DNA from: Dehalococcoidia bacterium
GTDB taxonomy: Bacteria > Chloroflexota > Dehalococcoidia > SHYD01
Direction of reading: 5' to 3'
DNA: 64,000 bases
NCBI GenBank assembly: GCA_965261835.1
Contig: OZ253478.1
Coordinates: 2,617,733 to 2,681,732 of the forward strand
Shown: positions 28,835-43,119 of the stretch, piece by piece
Layout of the letters: every line of letters begins with the position of its first letter
Numbering within the stretch: position 1 is the stretch's first letter
The notes under the pieces: generated by a model
The model's input: the letters and a program-made list of their open reading frames with translations, nothing else
Told to the model about the DNA's origin: nothing
Databases searched by the model: none
Translations under genes and position numbers: made by a program

Positions 28835-30664
28835 GTGGACCAGGCGCACATTCGCAACTTCTGTATCATCGCTCACATCGATCACGGTAAATCCACGCTC
28901 GCAGACCGCCTGCTGGAAACCACTCACACCATCAGCGCCCGGCAGATGCAGGAGCAGGTGCTGGACTCCATGGAACTGGAGCGGGAACGCGGCATCACTA
29001 TCAAACTCCAGCCGGCGCAGATGCTCTACCGCGCCGACGACGGTGCACAGTACCATCTCAACCTCATTGACACCCCCGGCCACGTTGATTTCACCTACGA
29101 AGTCTCCCGGAGTCTGGCGGCCTGTGAAGGCGCCATCGTGGTGGTAGATGCTACCCAGGGCATCCAGGCGCAGACCCTGGCGAACATGTACCTAGCACTG
29201 GGGGAAGACCTAACGCTGATCCCGGTAGTCAACAAGATCGACCTGCCTAGCGCCGACCCAGAGGGCACCGCGCTCCAAGTGCAAAAAGTGCTGGGCCTGC
29301 CCATGGACGACGTGATCTACGCCTCCGGCAAAGAGGGAATTGGCACAAAGGAGATCTTGGAGGCCATTGTGCGCCGGGTACCCTCGCCCCGCGGCAAAGT
29401 GGACGCGCCGCTACGGGCGCTGATCTTCGACTCGAAGTACGACTCCTACAAGGGCGTGATTGCCTACGTACGGCTTATAGACGGCCGCGTGTGCACCAAT
29501 GACCGCCTTCGGATGATGGTGGCCGGCACGTCGGTGGAAGCCCTGGAAGTGGGTGTCTTCAAACCCGCGTTGCTGGCCCAGAACGAGTTGGAAACGGGCG
29601 AGGTAGGCTACATTGCCACCGGTCTCAAGAACGTCCGCGAGGCACGCGTAGGTGACACCGTAACGCTGGAGCAGCACGCAGCCCGGGCGCCGCTGGGCGG
29701 GTATCGCGCCGTCAAACCTATGGTGTTCGCCGGACTATACCCCTCGGAGGGCACCGACTTTCCTCTGCTGCGAGACGCGCTGGATAAATTAAAGCTAAAC
29801 GACGCCTCCCTCACCTACGAACCGGAGACCTCGGTGGCCCTAGGGCCGGGCTTCCGCTGCGGTTTCCTGGGCCTGCTCCACATGGAAGTGGTACAGGAGC
29901 GATTGGAGCGGGAGTTCGACCTGAACCTGCTGATTACCGCGCCCAGCGTGGAGTACCACGTGCGGCTGACCAACGGCAGCGAGATTGTGGTGGACAACCC
30001 GGCGCTGCTGCCGCCGTCCCAACAGATCGACGCGGTGTTCGAGCCGTGGATGGAGATCAGCATCATCACACCCAACCGGTATATCGGGGCGGTCATGGAC
30101 ATGACGCTCACCCGCCGCGGCGAGTACCAGGCCATGGAGTATCTGGAGCAGGCCGGCGATGCAGTTGCCGACGGCGACGCCCGGGTATTGATACGCTTCC
30201 GGCTGCCATTGGCCGAGATGCTCGTGGACTTCTACGATGAGCTGAAGTCTCGTACCCAAGGCTACGCTTCGCTGGACTACAGCTACGCCGAACGCCGCAC
30301 TTCGCCCTTGGTCAAGCTGGACATCCTGGTGAACAGCCAGCCCGTGGACGCACTCTCCATGATTACCCACGCGGACGGAGCCCCCCGGGAGGGCCGCAAG
30401 CTGGTAGAACGGTTGCGTTCACTCATCCCCCGCCAGATGTTCGACGTGCCGATTCAGGCGGCTATCGGTGGGCGGGTTGTGGCGCGGGAGACCATCCGAG
30501 CGATGCGTAAAAATGTGCTGGCCAAGTGCTATGGGGGTGACATCAGCCGCAAGCGCAAGCTGCTGGAAAAACAGGCCGAAGGCAAGCGCCGGATGAAGCG
30601 TCTAGGCGCAGTGGAGATTCCCCAGGAGGCTTTCATGGCCGTCCTCAAACTGCGGGATAAGTGA
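28835..30664 (+). CDS. lepA: Elongation factor 4
   Basis: [38 protein letters not shown]. Confidence 0.98.
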   Translation: MDQAHIRNFCIIAHIDHGKSTLADRLLETTHTISARQMQEQVLDSMELERERGITIKLQPAQMLYRADDGAQYHLNLIDTPGHVDFTYEVSRSLAACEGAIVVVDATQGIQAQTLANMYLALGEDLTLIPVVNKIDLPSADPEGTALQVQKVLGLPMDDVIYASGKEGIGTKEILEAIVRRVPSPRGKVDAPLRALIFDSKYDSYKGVIAYVRLIDGRVCTNDRLRMMVAGTSVEALEVGVFKPALLAQNELETGEVGYIATGLKNVREARVGDTVTLEQHAARAPLGGYRAVKPMVFAGLYPSEGTDFPLLRDALDKLKLNDASLTYEPETSVALGPGFRCGFLGLLHMEVVQERLEREFDLNLLITAPSVEYHVRLTNGSEIVVDNPALLPPSQQIDAVFEPWMEISIITPNRYIGAVMDMTLTRRGEYQAMEYLEQAGDAVADGDARVLIRFRLPLAEMLVDFYDELKSRTQGYASLDYSYAERRTSPLVKLDILVNSQPVDALSMITHADGAPREGRKLVERLRSLIPRQMFDVPIQAAIGGRVVARETIRAMRKNVLAKCYGGDISRKRKLLEKQAEGKRRMKRLGAVEIPQEAFMAVLKLRDK

Positions 30665-30891
30665 GCCTCGTAAACGCTTTGCCCGCATCTCAGTAGTGCG
30701 CCGGTGCATTACCCCCGAGGGGCTATGCCGCCACGTCCACGCATGCTTGCGCTGCAGTATAGACCGTACGGGATGTCCTGGTTCCCCTACGCTACCACGT
30801 TGACACCCTCTCCCAGAGGCACGACAATAAGTAAAGGGATATCTCCCAAACTCTCCTCGTACCCTCACAACAGTATGCTCTAGGAGTAGGC

Positions 30892-32223
30892 ATGGCCACT
30901 AGAGGCGCGCGCCGGCGGAGACGCTCGACACAAGGCATTAGGCTGCAACAACGCTTACGGCAGTTCGTCACCGGTTGGTCCGGCCTTGTCACCCTAAGTG
31001 TCCTGCTGGTTGTAGTGGTGCTAGTGCAGGGCATCTTACGGCTCCCGTTGCCCTTTGGCGTCGGTGAAAGACAAGAAACGCCCGATCCCTGGGGCTACGT
31101 CACCGTTCCCAGGGGCGAGCTGCCCAAGGTCGTCTTTGTGGCTGATGTGTCGGACGGCAAGAACGTTGAGGAGTCGGGCGCGAAGTACGGTATCGAACAA
31201 GCGCTCAACGAAAGAGGCCAAGTCCGCAACACAGGCTTCGAACTCGCCGTGGTGGAAGACACCTGCGACGCGGCTGCCGCCGCGCTAAAAGCGCAAGAGT
31301 TGGCGGCCGACGTCCAGGTGGTGGGCATCATCAGTGAAGCTTGCGCCGCCAGCGGCATAGCTGCAAAAGCGGTCTACGAAGAGCAAAAGCTACCCTACTT
31401 CGTCATGGGTACCGCCCCTGAGTTGACCGGGCGGGGCACTCAAGTCACTTACCGGCTGCGTTGGAACGAACGGAACCAGGCCAGACTGGCGGCTACCTAT
31501 GCCCGAGAGGAATTGCAAGTAGCGCGGGCCATGGTGCTTACGGATGGCACCGCCGAGGCCAACACCACCAGCGAGCTCTTCCGCAGTCAGTTCAGAGTAA
31601 TCGGTGGCCGTATCGCGGACGGCCGCGCGCTAGGCGACAACACTGCGGAAATAAAACGCCTCGCAGCAGACGCCCTCGCCCTCGACGTCGACTACATCTA
31701 CTACATTGGCAACGGCAGGACCGGCGCTCTAGTGCTGAGCGCACTACAAGACGGCGACTACGAGGGCCACTTTGTTGTGGCACGTCGCACCCATATCGAT
31801 CCGGACTACCTGGCAGTGGGTCCGGCTGCGCTGGAAGGGACCTTCGCCACCAACATGCAGACACCGCGTGCAGACCTATACGCCTTCTGGAAAGAGACCT
31901 ATGAAAAGGATTACGGGCCAGTGCAGCCACTGTCTCCGGAAGGCTATGACGCCACCAACATTCTCCTGAGCTCTGTGGACGTGGCCGCGCGCGACAGTAC
32001 CACAGGCGCCCTGGAGTTCGGACGGCAGCTACTCACCGGCATCATCCGTGTGCTGCCTTATGCAGGCATCACCGGACAATTTGGCTATCAGCTCACCAAC
32101 CCCGGCGATCGGACTACCATGCTCATCACTATGAACAAGTTCGAGGACGGGGAATACCGGCAGGTTGCCGGGCAGGGACCGTTGCCCACCCCCGAGCCGC
32201 AAGACGAGAACATTAACGAGTAA
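30892..32223 (+). CDS. LivJ-like periplasmic binding protein, membrane-anchored
   Basis: N-terminal TM; EDTCD, YDAT, GITG motifs. Confidence 0.7.
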   Translation: MATRGARRRRRSTQGIRLQQRLRQFVTGWSGLVTLSVLLVVVVLVQGILRLPLPFGVGERQETPDPWGYVTVPRGELPKVVFVADVSDGKNVEESGAKYGIEQALNERGQVRNTGFELAVVEDTCDAAAAALKAQELAADVQVVGIISEACAASGIAAKAVYEEQKLPYFVMGTAPELTGRGTQVTYRLRWNERNQARLAATYAREELQVARAMVLTDGTAEANTTSELFRSQFRVIGGRIADGRALGDNTAEIKRLAADALALDVDYIYYIGNGRTGALVLSALQDGDYEGHFVVARRTHIDPDYLAVGPAALEGTFATNMQTPRADLYAFWKETYEKDYGPVQPLSPEGYDATNILLSSVDVAARDSTTGALEFGRQLLTGIIRVLPYAGITGQFGYQLTNPGDRTTMLITMNKFEDGEYRQVAGQGPLPTPEPQDENINE

Positions 32224-32294
32224 CCACGGCCCCGCCCGCCACGGTCAGTCTGGATCTAGTGTAGGATCAGACAAACCCATGAAGGGATAAAATC

Positions 32295-35200
32295 TTGGCA
32301 ACCGACCAGCAGCAGTCCTTAGTCCCTGGTGCTCTCGTTCAATGGGATCACGGAAAAGCATACGGGGTAATCGCCGCCAACGACGGCCGGATGATTTACG
32401 TACACTGGGATGACGTAGGCCACCCTCCTCAGTTCTCGGCTTCGGACCCACCCCTGTCAAGGGTTGACTTTATGGGCAAGCTCGTGCAGAGGAAGTCCAC
32501 TGGGCAAAATGTCGTCGTGTCGGGCCCGGTGGTTACGGCAACGCCCACTTGGCGATGTCAAATCTTCTCCACTACAGGAACGCCGAGTATTGCAAACGTG
32601 CCCGAAGCGGACTTGCGTCCGCTAGCCATTACAGACCCGCTGGAAAGATTCCGCGCCGGCAAAATCGGCTCCACAGAACGGTATTTGCTCCGTCAGGTCG
32701 CTCAGCAATACCGGATACAAAACTTACAGAATGACCTTGTCTCATTGGGGCAGTCGCAGGTAAACATACTGCCCCATCAGGTGTCAGTGGTTCACAAGGT
32801 GATTTCCAACTATCCACACCGCTTCCTTCTTTGCGACGAAGTAGGCCTTGGAAAGACTATTGAGGCCGGAATGGCACTCAAGGAATTGCGGGCCAGGGGC
32901 GGTGCTCAACGAGTTTTGGCCGTTGTGCCACCTAACCTGGTACGCCAGTGGCAGTTCGAAATGAGGACGAAGTTCAATGAGTCTTTCGCGGTGCTGAACA
33001 CCGCCACTGTCAACAATCTGAGCGCCAACGGCTATCATGGAAATCCTTTTGCCCATCCTGATTACTCCAGTGTACTGTGCTCATCAAAGTGGATAAGCAA
33101 CCGAAAGTGGGAAGGTCCGTGCACCGACGCCTACTGGGATTTGATTATCGTGGACGAGGCCCATCACGCGCGCAGCTACCCTGACGGCACCACCACTGCG
33201 TTGTACCGGCTGGTCAGAAACCTTGCCACGGAGGAGCACCCTCAGCGCATGATGCTCTTTCTCACTGCAACGCCTATGCAGCTCCATACCCATGAACTTT
33301 ACGCACTGGTGGAGATATTGGATCCAACCTTATTCCCTTCAGAAGAGGATTTTGAACAGCACCGGAGGGCAACGCCCGGTCTTTCCCGGCTGGTTGAAAG
33401 TCTTAGTCACCGTGTGTTTCCCGTTCACGGCCAGGACGAAGAGGAAACGGCCCAGACCGTAGAGCAGGTTGCCAAGTGGCTAGATATGGACTCTCGAGAA
33501 GTGCGGAGGCACCTGTCAGCCGGTCAAGATGAACTGCAGGAAATTGCAGATAAACTAGCGGACAAGCATCGTCTCAGCGAAGTGCTAATACGAAACAGAA
33601 AAGCCATGGTCGGAGGCTTTATGCCCCGCACCGCCTACCGCTGGGAGGTCGACTTGTCGCCAGAGGAACGCGATGCGCTCCAGGCGGTAGAAGACTACGT
33701 GCGATTCGGATACCAGTTTGCTGCGGACACCAACGCCAACGCCATTGGGTTCCTGATGGTAATTTTCCAGAAATTAACAGCTTCCAGCATCGCCGCTATT
33801 CGTCAGTCGCTACTCAGACGCCGGGAGAAGGTCCAAGCCATGTCGGCTGCCGGTAACGCATCTGCTGATGACATGGAGGAGATGCTGGACGAAGACTCAA
33901 ATGCCAGCGATGTCGTGGAACTGGGCGCCACTATCGCCAATAGAGCAGCGGAGGAACTGGCACTACTGGACAATGCTATCGGAGCCCTGAACGACGTCGG
34001 CGAAACCGACTCCAAGGCGCGCGTGCTTGTGGACCGGCTGAGCTACTTGTTCCGTGAGCAACCAAATGAGAAGGTAATCGTGTTCACCCAGTTCCGCGAG
34101 ACTCAGCGCCATCTGGAAAAACTGTTCACCGGACAAGGCTGGGACGTCAATGTGTTCCACGGGGCAATGAATCCAGGTGCGAAAGACCGTGCCATAGAGC
34201 AGTTCAAGCAAAACTCGGGTTCCCAAGTACTTATCTGCACGGAAGCGGGCGGAGAGGGACGGAATTTGCAGTTCTGCCATTTGCTGGTCAATTATGACCT
34301 GCCCTGGAACCCGATGAAAGTCGAGCAGCGCATTGGACGGATCGACCGCATAGGCCAGGCTCAGCCGATCAGCATCTTCAATCTCTGGGTGAAGAACACG
34401 GTTGAAGAGCGTGTTCTGGACATCCTGGAAAATCGCATCAGGATGTTTGAAGAAACTGTAGGCGGCCTCGACCCCATCCTCGGTGACGCTGAGAACATAG
34501 AGAGCGACATACAGAAAATAATGCGAACCGCTGATGAAAATCTCGAAGCAGTCCTCGCCGATTTCGTCCGTCAGACCGAAGAGAAAGTCCGCGCATCGAG
34601 AGAGGCTGGGGAGCTGCTGGGCGACTTCATTATGGACACCAAGTCTTTTCGGCGGGGAATTGCCGAGCGTATTTCAGGTCAAACTTCGCCGGTGGACAAT
34701 GACAATTTCGAGAAGTTCATCGGGCAACTCCTCTCCGACGTGAACACCTACATCAAAAAATCAGGCGATACCTACGAGTTAACCTTTCACGGCGATTTCC
34801 TTGAAGAATATCGAAGGCAGCTTTTTGTAGGCGGGCCACACATGAAGGCCGTGCTACGCCCGGACCGACGGGCGGATGCCGAGGACGTTGAGTTTATGGT
34901 ATTCGGCCACAAAGTCGTCGATACCATCGTCAACCAAGTGCTTGGCGAGGAATACGAAGGGGCCACGGGTACTCGGGCGCTCGTTGCGGATGGAGATCTG
35001 CCGGCCACGAAGGGATGGCTGTTCCAATACCAGTTCACCACCTCTGGCATACGTGACGCCGAACACTTGGAAGCAGTATTCGTAAGCGACACCGGGGAAG
35101 TGAGTGAGGAGAGAGGACGATTGCTAGTGCAACGGGCTTTCCGGTTTGACAATGAAAGAAGCATCGGCTGGGAGCAGATTCCCGATAATCTCGACCAAAT

Positions 35201-35585
35201 CGAGCCGCAGGCCAGCAATTTCGCCAGCGCCAGGCAGCAAACACTACAAAGCGAGGCTGAGGCCGATGCAGCCGGGCGCATCGAACGCGAGATTTCCCGA
35301 CTTGGAGATTTCTACGACTACAAAGAGCGCGCTGCCAGGGACAAGGTCGAGGCTACGCGAGCCAGACTTGTCCGCATTAAGGAGAGTGGAACTGAGAGTC
35401 AGCGTCAGATATTGCCCGTATGGGAGGCTAATCTACGGCGGGATGAGGGGATTTCCGCGAATCTGGCAGAGGAACGGCGGCGGCGGGTTGAAGAAGCAGA
35501 TCAGCACCGCTACCCGCAAGTTAGTTCGGCGCTGAAATCCCTCGGCCGCATAGAGGTCGTGGAACCCAGCCAGCGACAAACCTGA
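32295..35585 (+). CDS. SNF2/RapA(HepA)-like helicase
   Basis: DEVGLGKT, DEAHH, TATPMQ, TEAGGEGRNLQ, NYDLPWNP.KVEQRIGRIDRIGQ. Confidence 0.9.
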   Translation: MATDQQQSLVPGALVQWDHGKAYGVIAANDGRMIYVHWDDVGHPPQFSASDPPLSRVDFMGKLVQRKSTGQNVVVSGPVVTATPTWRCQIFSTTGTPSIANVPEADLRPLAITDPLERFRAGKIGSTERYLLRQVAQQYRIQNLQNDLVSLGQSQVNILPHQVSVVHKVISNYPHRFLLCDEVGLGKTIEAGMALKELRARGGAQRVLAVVPPNLVRQWQFEMRTKFNESFAVLNTATVNNLSANGYHGNPFAHPDYSSVLCSSKWISNRKWEGPCTDAYWDLIIVDEAHHARSYPDGTTTALYRLVRNLATEEHPQRMMLFLTATPMQLHTHELYALVEILDPTLFPSEEDFEQHRRATPGLSRLVESLSHRVFPVHGQDEEETAQTVEQVAKWLDMDSREVRRHLSAGQDELQEIADKLADKHRLSEVLIRNRKAMVGGFMPRTAYRWEVDLSPEERDALQAVEDYVRFGYQFAADTNANAIGFLMVIFQKLTASSIAAIRQSLLRRREKVQAMSAAGNASADDMEEMLDEDSNASDVVELGATIANRAAEELALLDNAIGALNDVGETDSKARVLVDRLSYLFREQPNEKVIVFTQFRETQRHLEKLFTGQGWDVNVFHGAMNPGAKDRAIEQFKQNSGSQVLICTEAGGEGRNLQFCHLLVNYDLPWNPMKVEQRIGRIDRIGQAQPISIFNLWVKNTVEERVLDILENRIRMFEETVGGLDPILGDAENIESDIQKIMRTADENLEAVLADFVRQTEEKVRASREAGELLGDFIMDTKSFRRGIAERISGQTSPVDNDNFEKFIGQLLSDVNTYIKKSGDTYELTFHGDFLEEYRRQLFVGGPHMKAVLRPDRRADAEDVEFMVFGHKVVDTIVNQVLGEEYEGATGTRALVADGDLPATKGWLFQYQFTTSGIRDAEHLEAVFVSDTGEVSEERGRLLVQRAFRFDNERSIGWEQIPDNLDQIEPQASNFASARQQTLQSEAEADAAGRIEREISRLGDFYDYKERAARDKVEATRARLVRIKESGTESQRQILPVWEANLRRDEGISANLAEERRRRVEEADQHRYPQVSSALKSLGRIEVVEPSQRQT

Positions 35586-35695
35586 GCCGTGCAACCAAAC
35601 TGGGGCTTATAAAGCGCAGGGGCGTGGGGAACGCAGCACCCCGTATGCCGGCACCGGAGCGGGCGCCATCCTGACCTGCTGGCGCAACCCGCTCC

Positions 35696-37495
35696 TTACG
35701 GCAGGTTTGCCAGCGGCGCCTGTTTCACCACCATTGGCAGCATCAGGGTACCGGGCAGATCGCCCATGAACACAGAGCCGGCACCCAGCTGGTTGTTCCT
35801 TTGGGCCACACCAGGCCCTTGGGCGCGTCCTAGCAGCATCAGACGGACCAGGTGTGGCGGCATGGAGGGCTGGGCGCTTTTTATCAGCCCGGCCGCTCCG
35901 GCAACATAGGGCACGGCCGCAGACGTACCGGGAAAGGCGCCCGGACCATAAGTGGCCGTGGACACCTGATCCCCTGCCACGAGGTCGGGCTTGGGCCGCC
36001 CGTCTTTGGTGGGGCCTTGTGAGCTGTAGGGACGGAGGTTGAGCGTGCCCGGCTCAACCGCACCCACGGTGAGCGCGTAGGGTGAGTCCGCAGGGATGAC
36101 CAGACTCTCTTCGGGCACGTTGTACTCCTGCTCGTAATTGATGGTAGTGACCAGGTCCAGATTCACCCTTCGGTTGGCGCGGAACCGCTGCACGGAAATC
36201 CAGTAGTCCCCTGGTGAGGCCGTGGTGAACACGATGTGCTCCAGAGGAGGAAACGTCCCATTCTGGAACGCCGTGGATTGAGCCACCACGCTCTCACCCT
36301 TGAAGAGAAACAGGTCGTAGTCCTGCTCCAAGGTGTCCCAGTCATCCCAGGTAAGAAAGACCTCTACACGGAAAACCCGCTCTTCTTTAGGCCGGCTGCG
36401 ACGGAGAGTGATCGTGTTGCCTTCGTCAGAGCCACTGAAGTTGTGGAAACCGTTCCCGTCCGAGTCACTAAACCGGCCGGACCAGTGGGTCTCGCCGTAG
36501 TTGCCGGCAGCCTGAACCCAAACAATACCGGCCGCCTCCGCCTTCTGCACCAGGCCGTTCACCGACCCTCGGCCGTCGCCGTAGGCGGTGCCAGGCCACC
36601 CCACTGAAGAGGAGATAACATGAACGTTCTGCTCCACCAGCCAGTCTATCGCGTTAGCTAGCTCCACTTCCGTGCTGAAGTTCACCAGGTAAAACGTGGC
36701 CTCGGGCGCGACGTCATAGACCACCTCGGCGGCAGCGGTACCATGGGGATTGCCCTCGCCACTGATATCTTCGTCGGCACGAAAGGAGCGGGCAACAACC
36801 TCGGGAGGCAACTCTTTCCCCATGAGCGTCTGGTAGCTGTCGAATCCCAGGTCCACAATGGCGATTTTGGCGCCCCGGCCTTTAAACCCCGTGTTGTGCC
36901 ACCCTTCCAAGCCCATGCCCTGGGTGCCTTCGCTGACCACGGCCTGAGTCTGGGGCTGATGGGGTGGACGCACGAAGGCCACACCGTCGGTAGCAGCCAG
37001 CGGCTCCAATTGCTGTGGGGGTAGCACCGCTTGGAGCATCGTGCCGTGGCGGGTCTCCACCACGCCGCCCAAGTCGGCGATACGCTGACCGACCTCCTCC
37101 GTGCGCCGGGCGTCGGTATCCAGTACCACCTGGACCCGTCCATGTTTCAGGGTCACACTCACCGCACGGGCGGCCTGGACGATGCTCCCGCTGTTCGCGG
37201 CTGAGGCTAGCTGCTGTAACCGAGTCTCAAGCTTTGTGGGCTTGGACTTATCCGGGACCGCCGCGAGCGGTACCCGCTCCAGGCTGCGGGGCGCTTGTCG
37301 TTGGCTGAACGCGTCGGGCGCGGGCACCGGCGCCGTCAGTGAAGTCGGTGCCTCCGGCAATGCCGCGACGGAGTAGAAAGAGAGCACGTCGCGCGCTCCC
37401 AGCACGCCGGCAAGCAGCAGCGTAGCCATAAGCAGCAGCCCAATCCGGCCTGTTTGGATCAACAAGGACTTACGAGGACGAGATGACTGATTCAA
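35696..37495 (-). CDS. Secreted subtilisin-like S8 peptidase
   Basis: Signal peptide; IVDLG, HGT, AAGN, GTSAA catalytic motifs. Confidence 0.88.
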   Translation of the reverse strand: MNQSSRPRKSLLIQTGRIGLLLMATLLLAGVLGARDVLSFYSVAALPEAPTSLTAPVPAPDAFSQRQAPRSLERVPLAAVPDKSKPTKLETRLQQLASAANSGSIVQAARAVSVTLKHGRVQVVLDTDARRTEEVGQRIADLGGVVETRHGTMLQAVLPPQQLEPLAATDGVAFVRPPHQPQTQAVVSEGTQGMGLEGWHNTGFKGRGAKIAIVDLGFDSYQTLMGKELPPEVVARSFRADEDISGEGNPHGTAAAEVVYDVAPEATFYLVNFSTEVELANAIDWLVEQNVHVISSSVGWPGTAYGDGRGSVNGLVQKAEAAGIVWVQAAGNYGETHWSGRFSDSDGNGFHNFSGSDEGNTITLRRSRPKEERVFRVEVFLTWDDWDTLEQDYDLFLFKGESVVAQSTAFQNGTFPPLEHIVFTTASPGDYWISVQRFRANRRVNLDLVTTINYEQEYNVPEESLVIPADSPYALTVGAVEPGTLNLRPYSSQGPTKDGRPKPDLVAGDQVSTATYGPGAFPGTSAAVPYVAGAAGLIKSAQPSMPPHLVRLMLLGRAQGPGVAQRNNQLGAGSVFMGDLPGTLMLPMVVKQAPLANLP

Positions 37496-37617
37496 GAAGG
37501 CGTAACCTCACGCCCGTTGGATACCTAGAGGGCATCATACTACGCGCTCACTCGCGAGCGTCAACGGTGCGTCGCCAAACTCCACACGCGCGCGCGTGGG
37601 TTGCATGGTGTGACGTG

Positions 37618-38367
37618 CTATTGCGTAAATAGCGACGCCGCTCCCCCAGGGGTAACCAAGCGCCGGCCGCGTGAGCGCATCCGCTGGAGTTGCTCCAGCC
37701 CCAACCGCGTGTCACTGGCCACCTTAGCGGGGTCTCGGTGCAGCAGGCGATACTTGAAACACCAGTACGTGAACTCCCGCCACATCTCCAGCGAAAAGTC
37801 CGACGCCACGGCTAGCCCGCGCTCCTCGCGGAAGCGCTCTAGCAACGCCTGCTCACCGATCCCATACACCCACTGATAAGCGGTCTCAAGGTCACGGGAG
37901 CGGGCGAGAAAACCAATGGAGCGGCGGTCTTTTGTAATCCGTTCTTCAACGGCCAGCTGCAGCGCCTCTTCCACCAGAATACCGTACCAATAATTGAGAT
38001 ACGCCCGGTATTTGGTGCGGCCAATCAGGCGCTGGAACTCCCACGGCCCGACGTCCACGGGGAACTTATTGAAAAAAAGCAGGGCTTCCAGCTCGGCTTC
38101 CGGGATAACGTCCTCGATCTCCTCTGTGAGCCGCTCCGCCAAGAGCAGCCAGTCGAACGCCTCGCCGCCCACCAGGTAGCGGTAGTGGCGATCGCCCACC
38201 TGCTCCTCTGGGCTGCGCCAGAGGGCAATAGCCTCCAGCACGGCTGAAAACCAGTGATTGCCCTCAACCAGCGCCTCGTGCAGCCGTGCCAGCGCCTCCT
38301 CATTCCCCCAGCGCGCGCCGGTTGACTCTTGGTCAACCGTGGCGGTGGTGAAGGGTGTGGCTGGCAT
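37618..38367 (-). CDS. Hypothetical protein
   Basis: 249-aa ORF with normal codon usage, downstream of the DinB-like gene; no family recognised. Confidence 0.7.
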   Translation of the reverse strand: MPATPFTTATVDQESTGARWGNEEALARLHEALVEGNHWFSAVLEAIALWRSPEEQVGDRHYRYLVGGEAFDWLLLAERLTEEIEDVIPEAELEALLFFNKFPVDVGPWEFQRLIGRTKYRAYLNYWYGILVEEALQLAVEERITKDRRSIGFLARSRDLETAYQWVYGIGEQALLERFREERGLAVASDFSLEMWREFTYWCFKYRLLHRDPAKVASDTRLGLEQLQRMRSRGRRLVTPGGAASLFTQ

Positions 38368-38376
38368 GCCGCCCGC

Positions 38377-38841
38377 CTAGCCCCCGGCTCCCTGGAGCGC
38401 CTCGATGTGTGACCTGCAGTGATTGGTGAGCAATTCGAGCCGCTGCCGGAACGTATGCTGGCTCCCGTCCGGACGAATACTCACCGGTGCGTCCAGATCG
38501 TCCAACCCACTGGCCACTCGCACCATGCGCGCGGTGGCCTGCCGCAGTTGCGTTAGCAGGTCCGGGATCGTCTCGTCTTTGTATAGCAACTGAGCAGCCT
38601 CGTTTACTTCATCCGGGGAGCCGGGATTCCGCCACGTCGGGCCGCCCGTCAGCGCTAAAGCAATCCCCATTGCGCCGGAGTAGTGCCAGTACAGAAAGTG
38701 GGCCAGCACGTCGTGTGCGTCCCATTGATCTACCTTTACGCCGCGGGGCGGACCGCTTTCGTAATACGCCAGCAAGGTCTGGAACACCTGGTCAAACTCT
38801 TCAAGCAACTGTGCTTTGCTTTTTTGCGTGGTCATAGCCAC
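38377..38841 (-). CDS. DinB family protein
   Basis: W...DVLAH...H..SH four-helix metal motif. Confidence 0.7.
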   Translation of the reverse strand: MAMTTQKSKAQLLEEFDQVFQTLLAYYESGPPRGVKVDQWDAHDVLAHFLYWHYSGAMGIALALTGGPTWRNPGSPDEVNEAAQLLYKDETIPDLLTQLRQATARMVRVASGLDDLDAPVSIRPDGSQHTFRQRLELLTNHCRSHIEALQGAGG

Positions 38842-39127
38842 CCCATAGCGAATAGCGAGTTTCGAAAGGATTGTACTCCAGTATGCCTACCTACTGGAAG
38901 CGCGCCCCGCCGTCTATCGCACTAACCCAGCACAAACCGAGCGCAAATCCAACACAAACCGAACGCCATACCCCGTTGCCGAACAGGTGCGGGAGTTGGG
39001 TCCGCCGGTCCGGTGGCGGTGCGTCCAGCGGCTGGCAGGGAGGGAGTCGCCGTTTTGAGCGCCCGTTACTGAGTGAAAGACCGTTCAGAACGGACGGCGC
39101 CGCGCGGGAGCACGGCCACCCCCTGCG

Positions 39128-41884
<2,757 letters not shown>

Positions 41885-42036
41885 CTTACTACCAGAGTAC
41901 TACACTTTTCGGTGCGAATTTGTTTAGCCCGGGTAGACACGTCCAGCGCGCGGTGCGGCCGCTATGGAATCTATGGCCGTCCAACAGGGCTATTGCTCAC
42001 TTGGAGAGTTGCCTACGATTGGTAACGCCCATTGCG

Positions 42037-42987
42037 TTACTCCTCGAACATCGCCCCAACCGACTGTCCGGTGTGGATGCGTTGGATAGCTTCACCGAGA
42101 AGCGGCGCAATGGAGAGGCTGATGATCTGGGGGATACGCTTCTCCGGCGGCAGGGGCACCGTGTCGGTGATCACCAGCTGTTTGAGCGCGCTCTTGCTAA
42201 TGCGATCGATAGCGGGGCCGGAGAAGAGACCGTGGGTAGCGCAAGCGTATACGTCAACCACACCCTGCATTTTAAGGGCGGTCACTGCCTCAGTAAGGGT
42301 GCCCGCCGTGTCGATCTCGTCGTCCACGATAATCCCGGTCTTCCCCTCCACCTCACCAATAACGTTGAGCGCCTCTGCATGGTCGTTGTTGAACTGGCGA
42401 CGCTTCTCGATCACCGCAAAGGGGGCGTTCAACCGTTCGGCAAAGTTACGCGCCCTCTTGGCGCCGCCAATATCCGAGGCCACCACCACCGGGTTCGCAA
42501 TCTGCAGATCGCGGAAGTAACGCGTGAGGGTATACAGGGCCGTCAGCTCATCTACCGGGACGTTGAAGAACCCCTGGATTTGGCCGGCGTGCAGATCCAC
42601 CGTGAGCACCCGGTCGGTCCCCGCGGTCTGAAGAATATCCGCAACTAATCGCGCCGTGATGGGCACGCGCGGCTGGTCTTTCTTGTCCGTGCGGGAATAG
42701 CCGTAATAAGGAATGACCGCCGTGATACGGCCTGCCGACGCCCGCTTCACCGCATCGATCATGATGAGCAACTCCATGATCCCATTGTTGACCGGCGCAC
42801 TGGTGGGCTGAATGATGAACACGTCGTTCTGGCGGACATTCTCATTGATGCGGACGAAGATGTTCTCGTTGCTGAAGGTGAACACGTCCGCCGATCCGAG
42901 GGGGATGCCCAGATAGTCACATACAGACTGGGCGAGGCTGGGATGGGTGTTTCCAGTAAAAACAGACAGTGGGAGATCACGGAACAA
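42037..42987 (-). CDS. prs: Ribose-phosphate pyrophosphokinase
   Basis: PYYGYSRTDKK, DLHAGQIQGFF, DDEIDTAGT; TTG start with GAGGT RBS. Confidence 0.96.
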   Translation of the reverse strand: MFRDLPLSVFTGNTHPSLAQSVCDYLGIPLGSADVFTFSNENIFVRINENVRQNDVFIIQPTSAPVNNGIMELLIMIDAVKRASAGRITAVIPYYGYSRTDKKDQPRVPITARLVADILQTAGTDRVLTVDLHAGQIQGFFNVPVDELTALYTLTRYFRDLQIANPVVVASDIGGAKRARNFAERLNAPFAVIEKRRQFNNDHAEALNVIGEVEGKTGIIVDDEIDTAGTLTEAVTALKMQGVVDVYACATHGLFSGPAIDRISKSALKQLVITDTVPLPPEKRIPQIISLSIAPLLGEAIQRIHTGQSVGAMFEE

Positions 42988-43119
42988 GGCGTCTACCTCG
43001 TGCAACAATCTACTCCCGTGCAACGGCGCGGAGCCCGGCACGCCACAGTGTAGCATATGGTGAACCGACCGAGTAGCGGCCCGCCGGCGCGCGCAGTGCC
43101 GGCCGCGTGCATGCTGAGG

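Noticed and set aside
38850-39125. Possible ncRNA or ORF downstream of secA
   Set aside because: GC-rich hairpins only; I cannot match it to tRNA, SRP, 6S or tmRNA.
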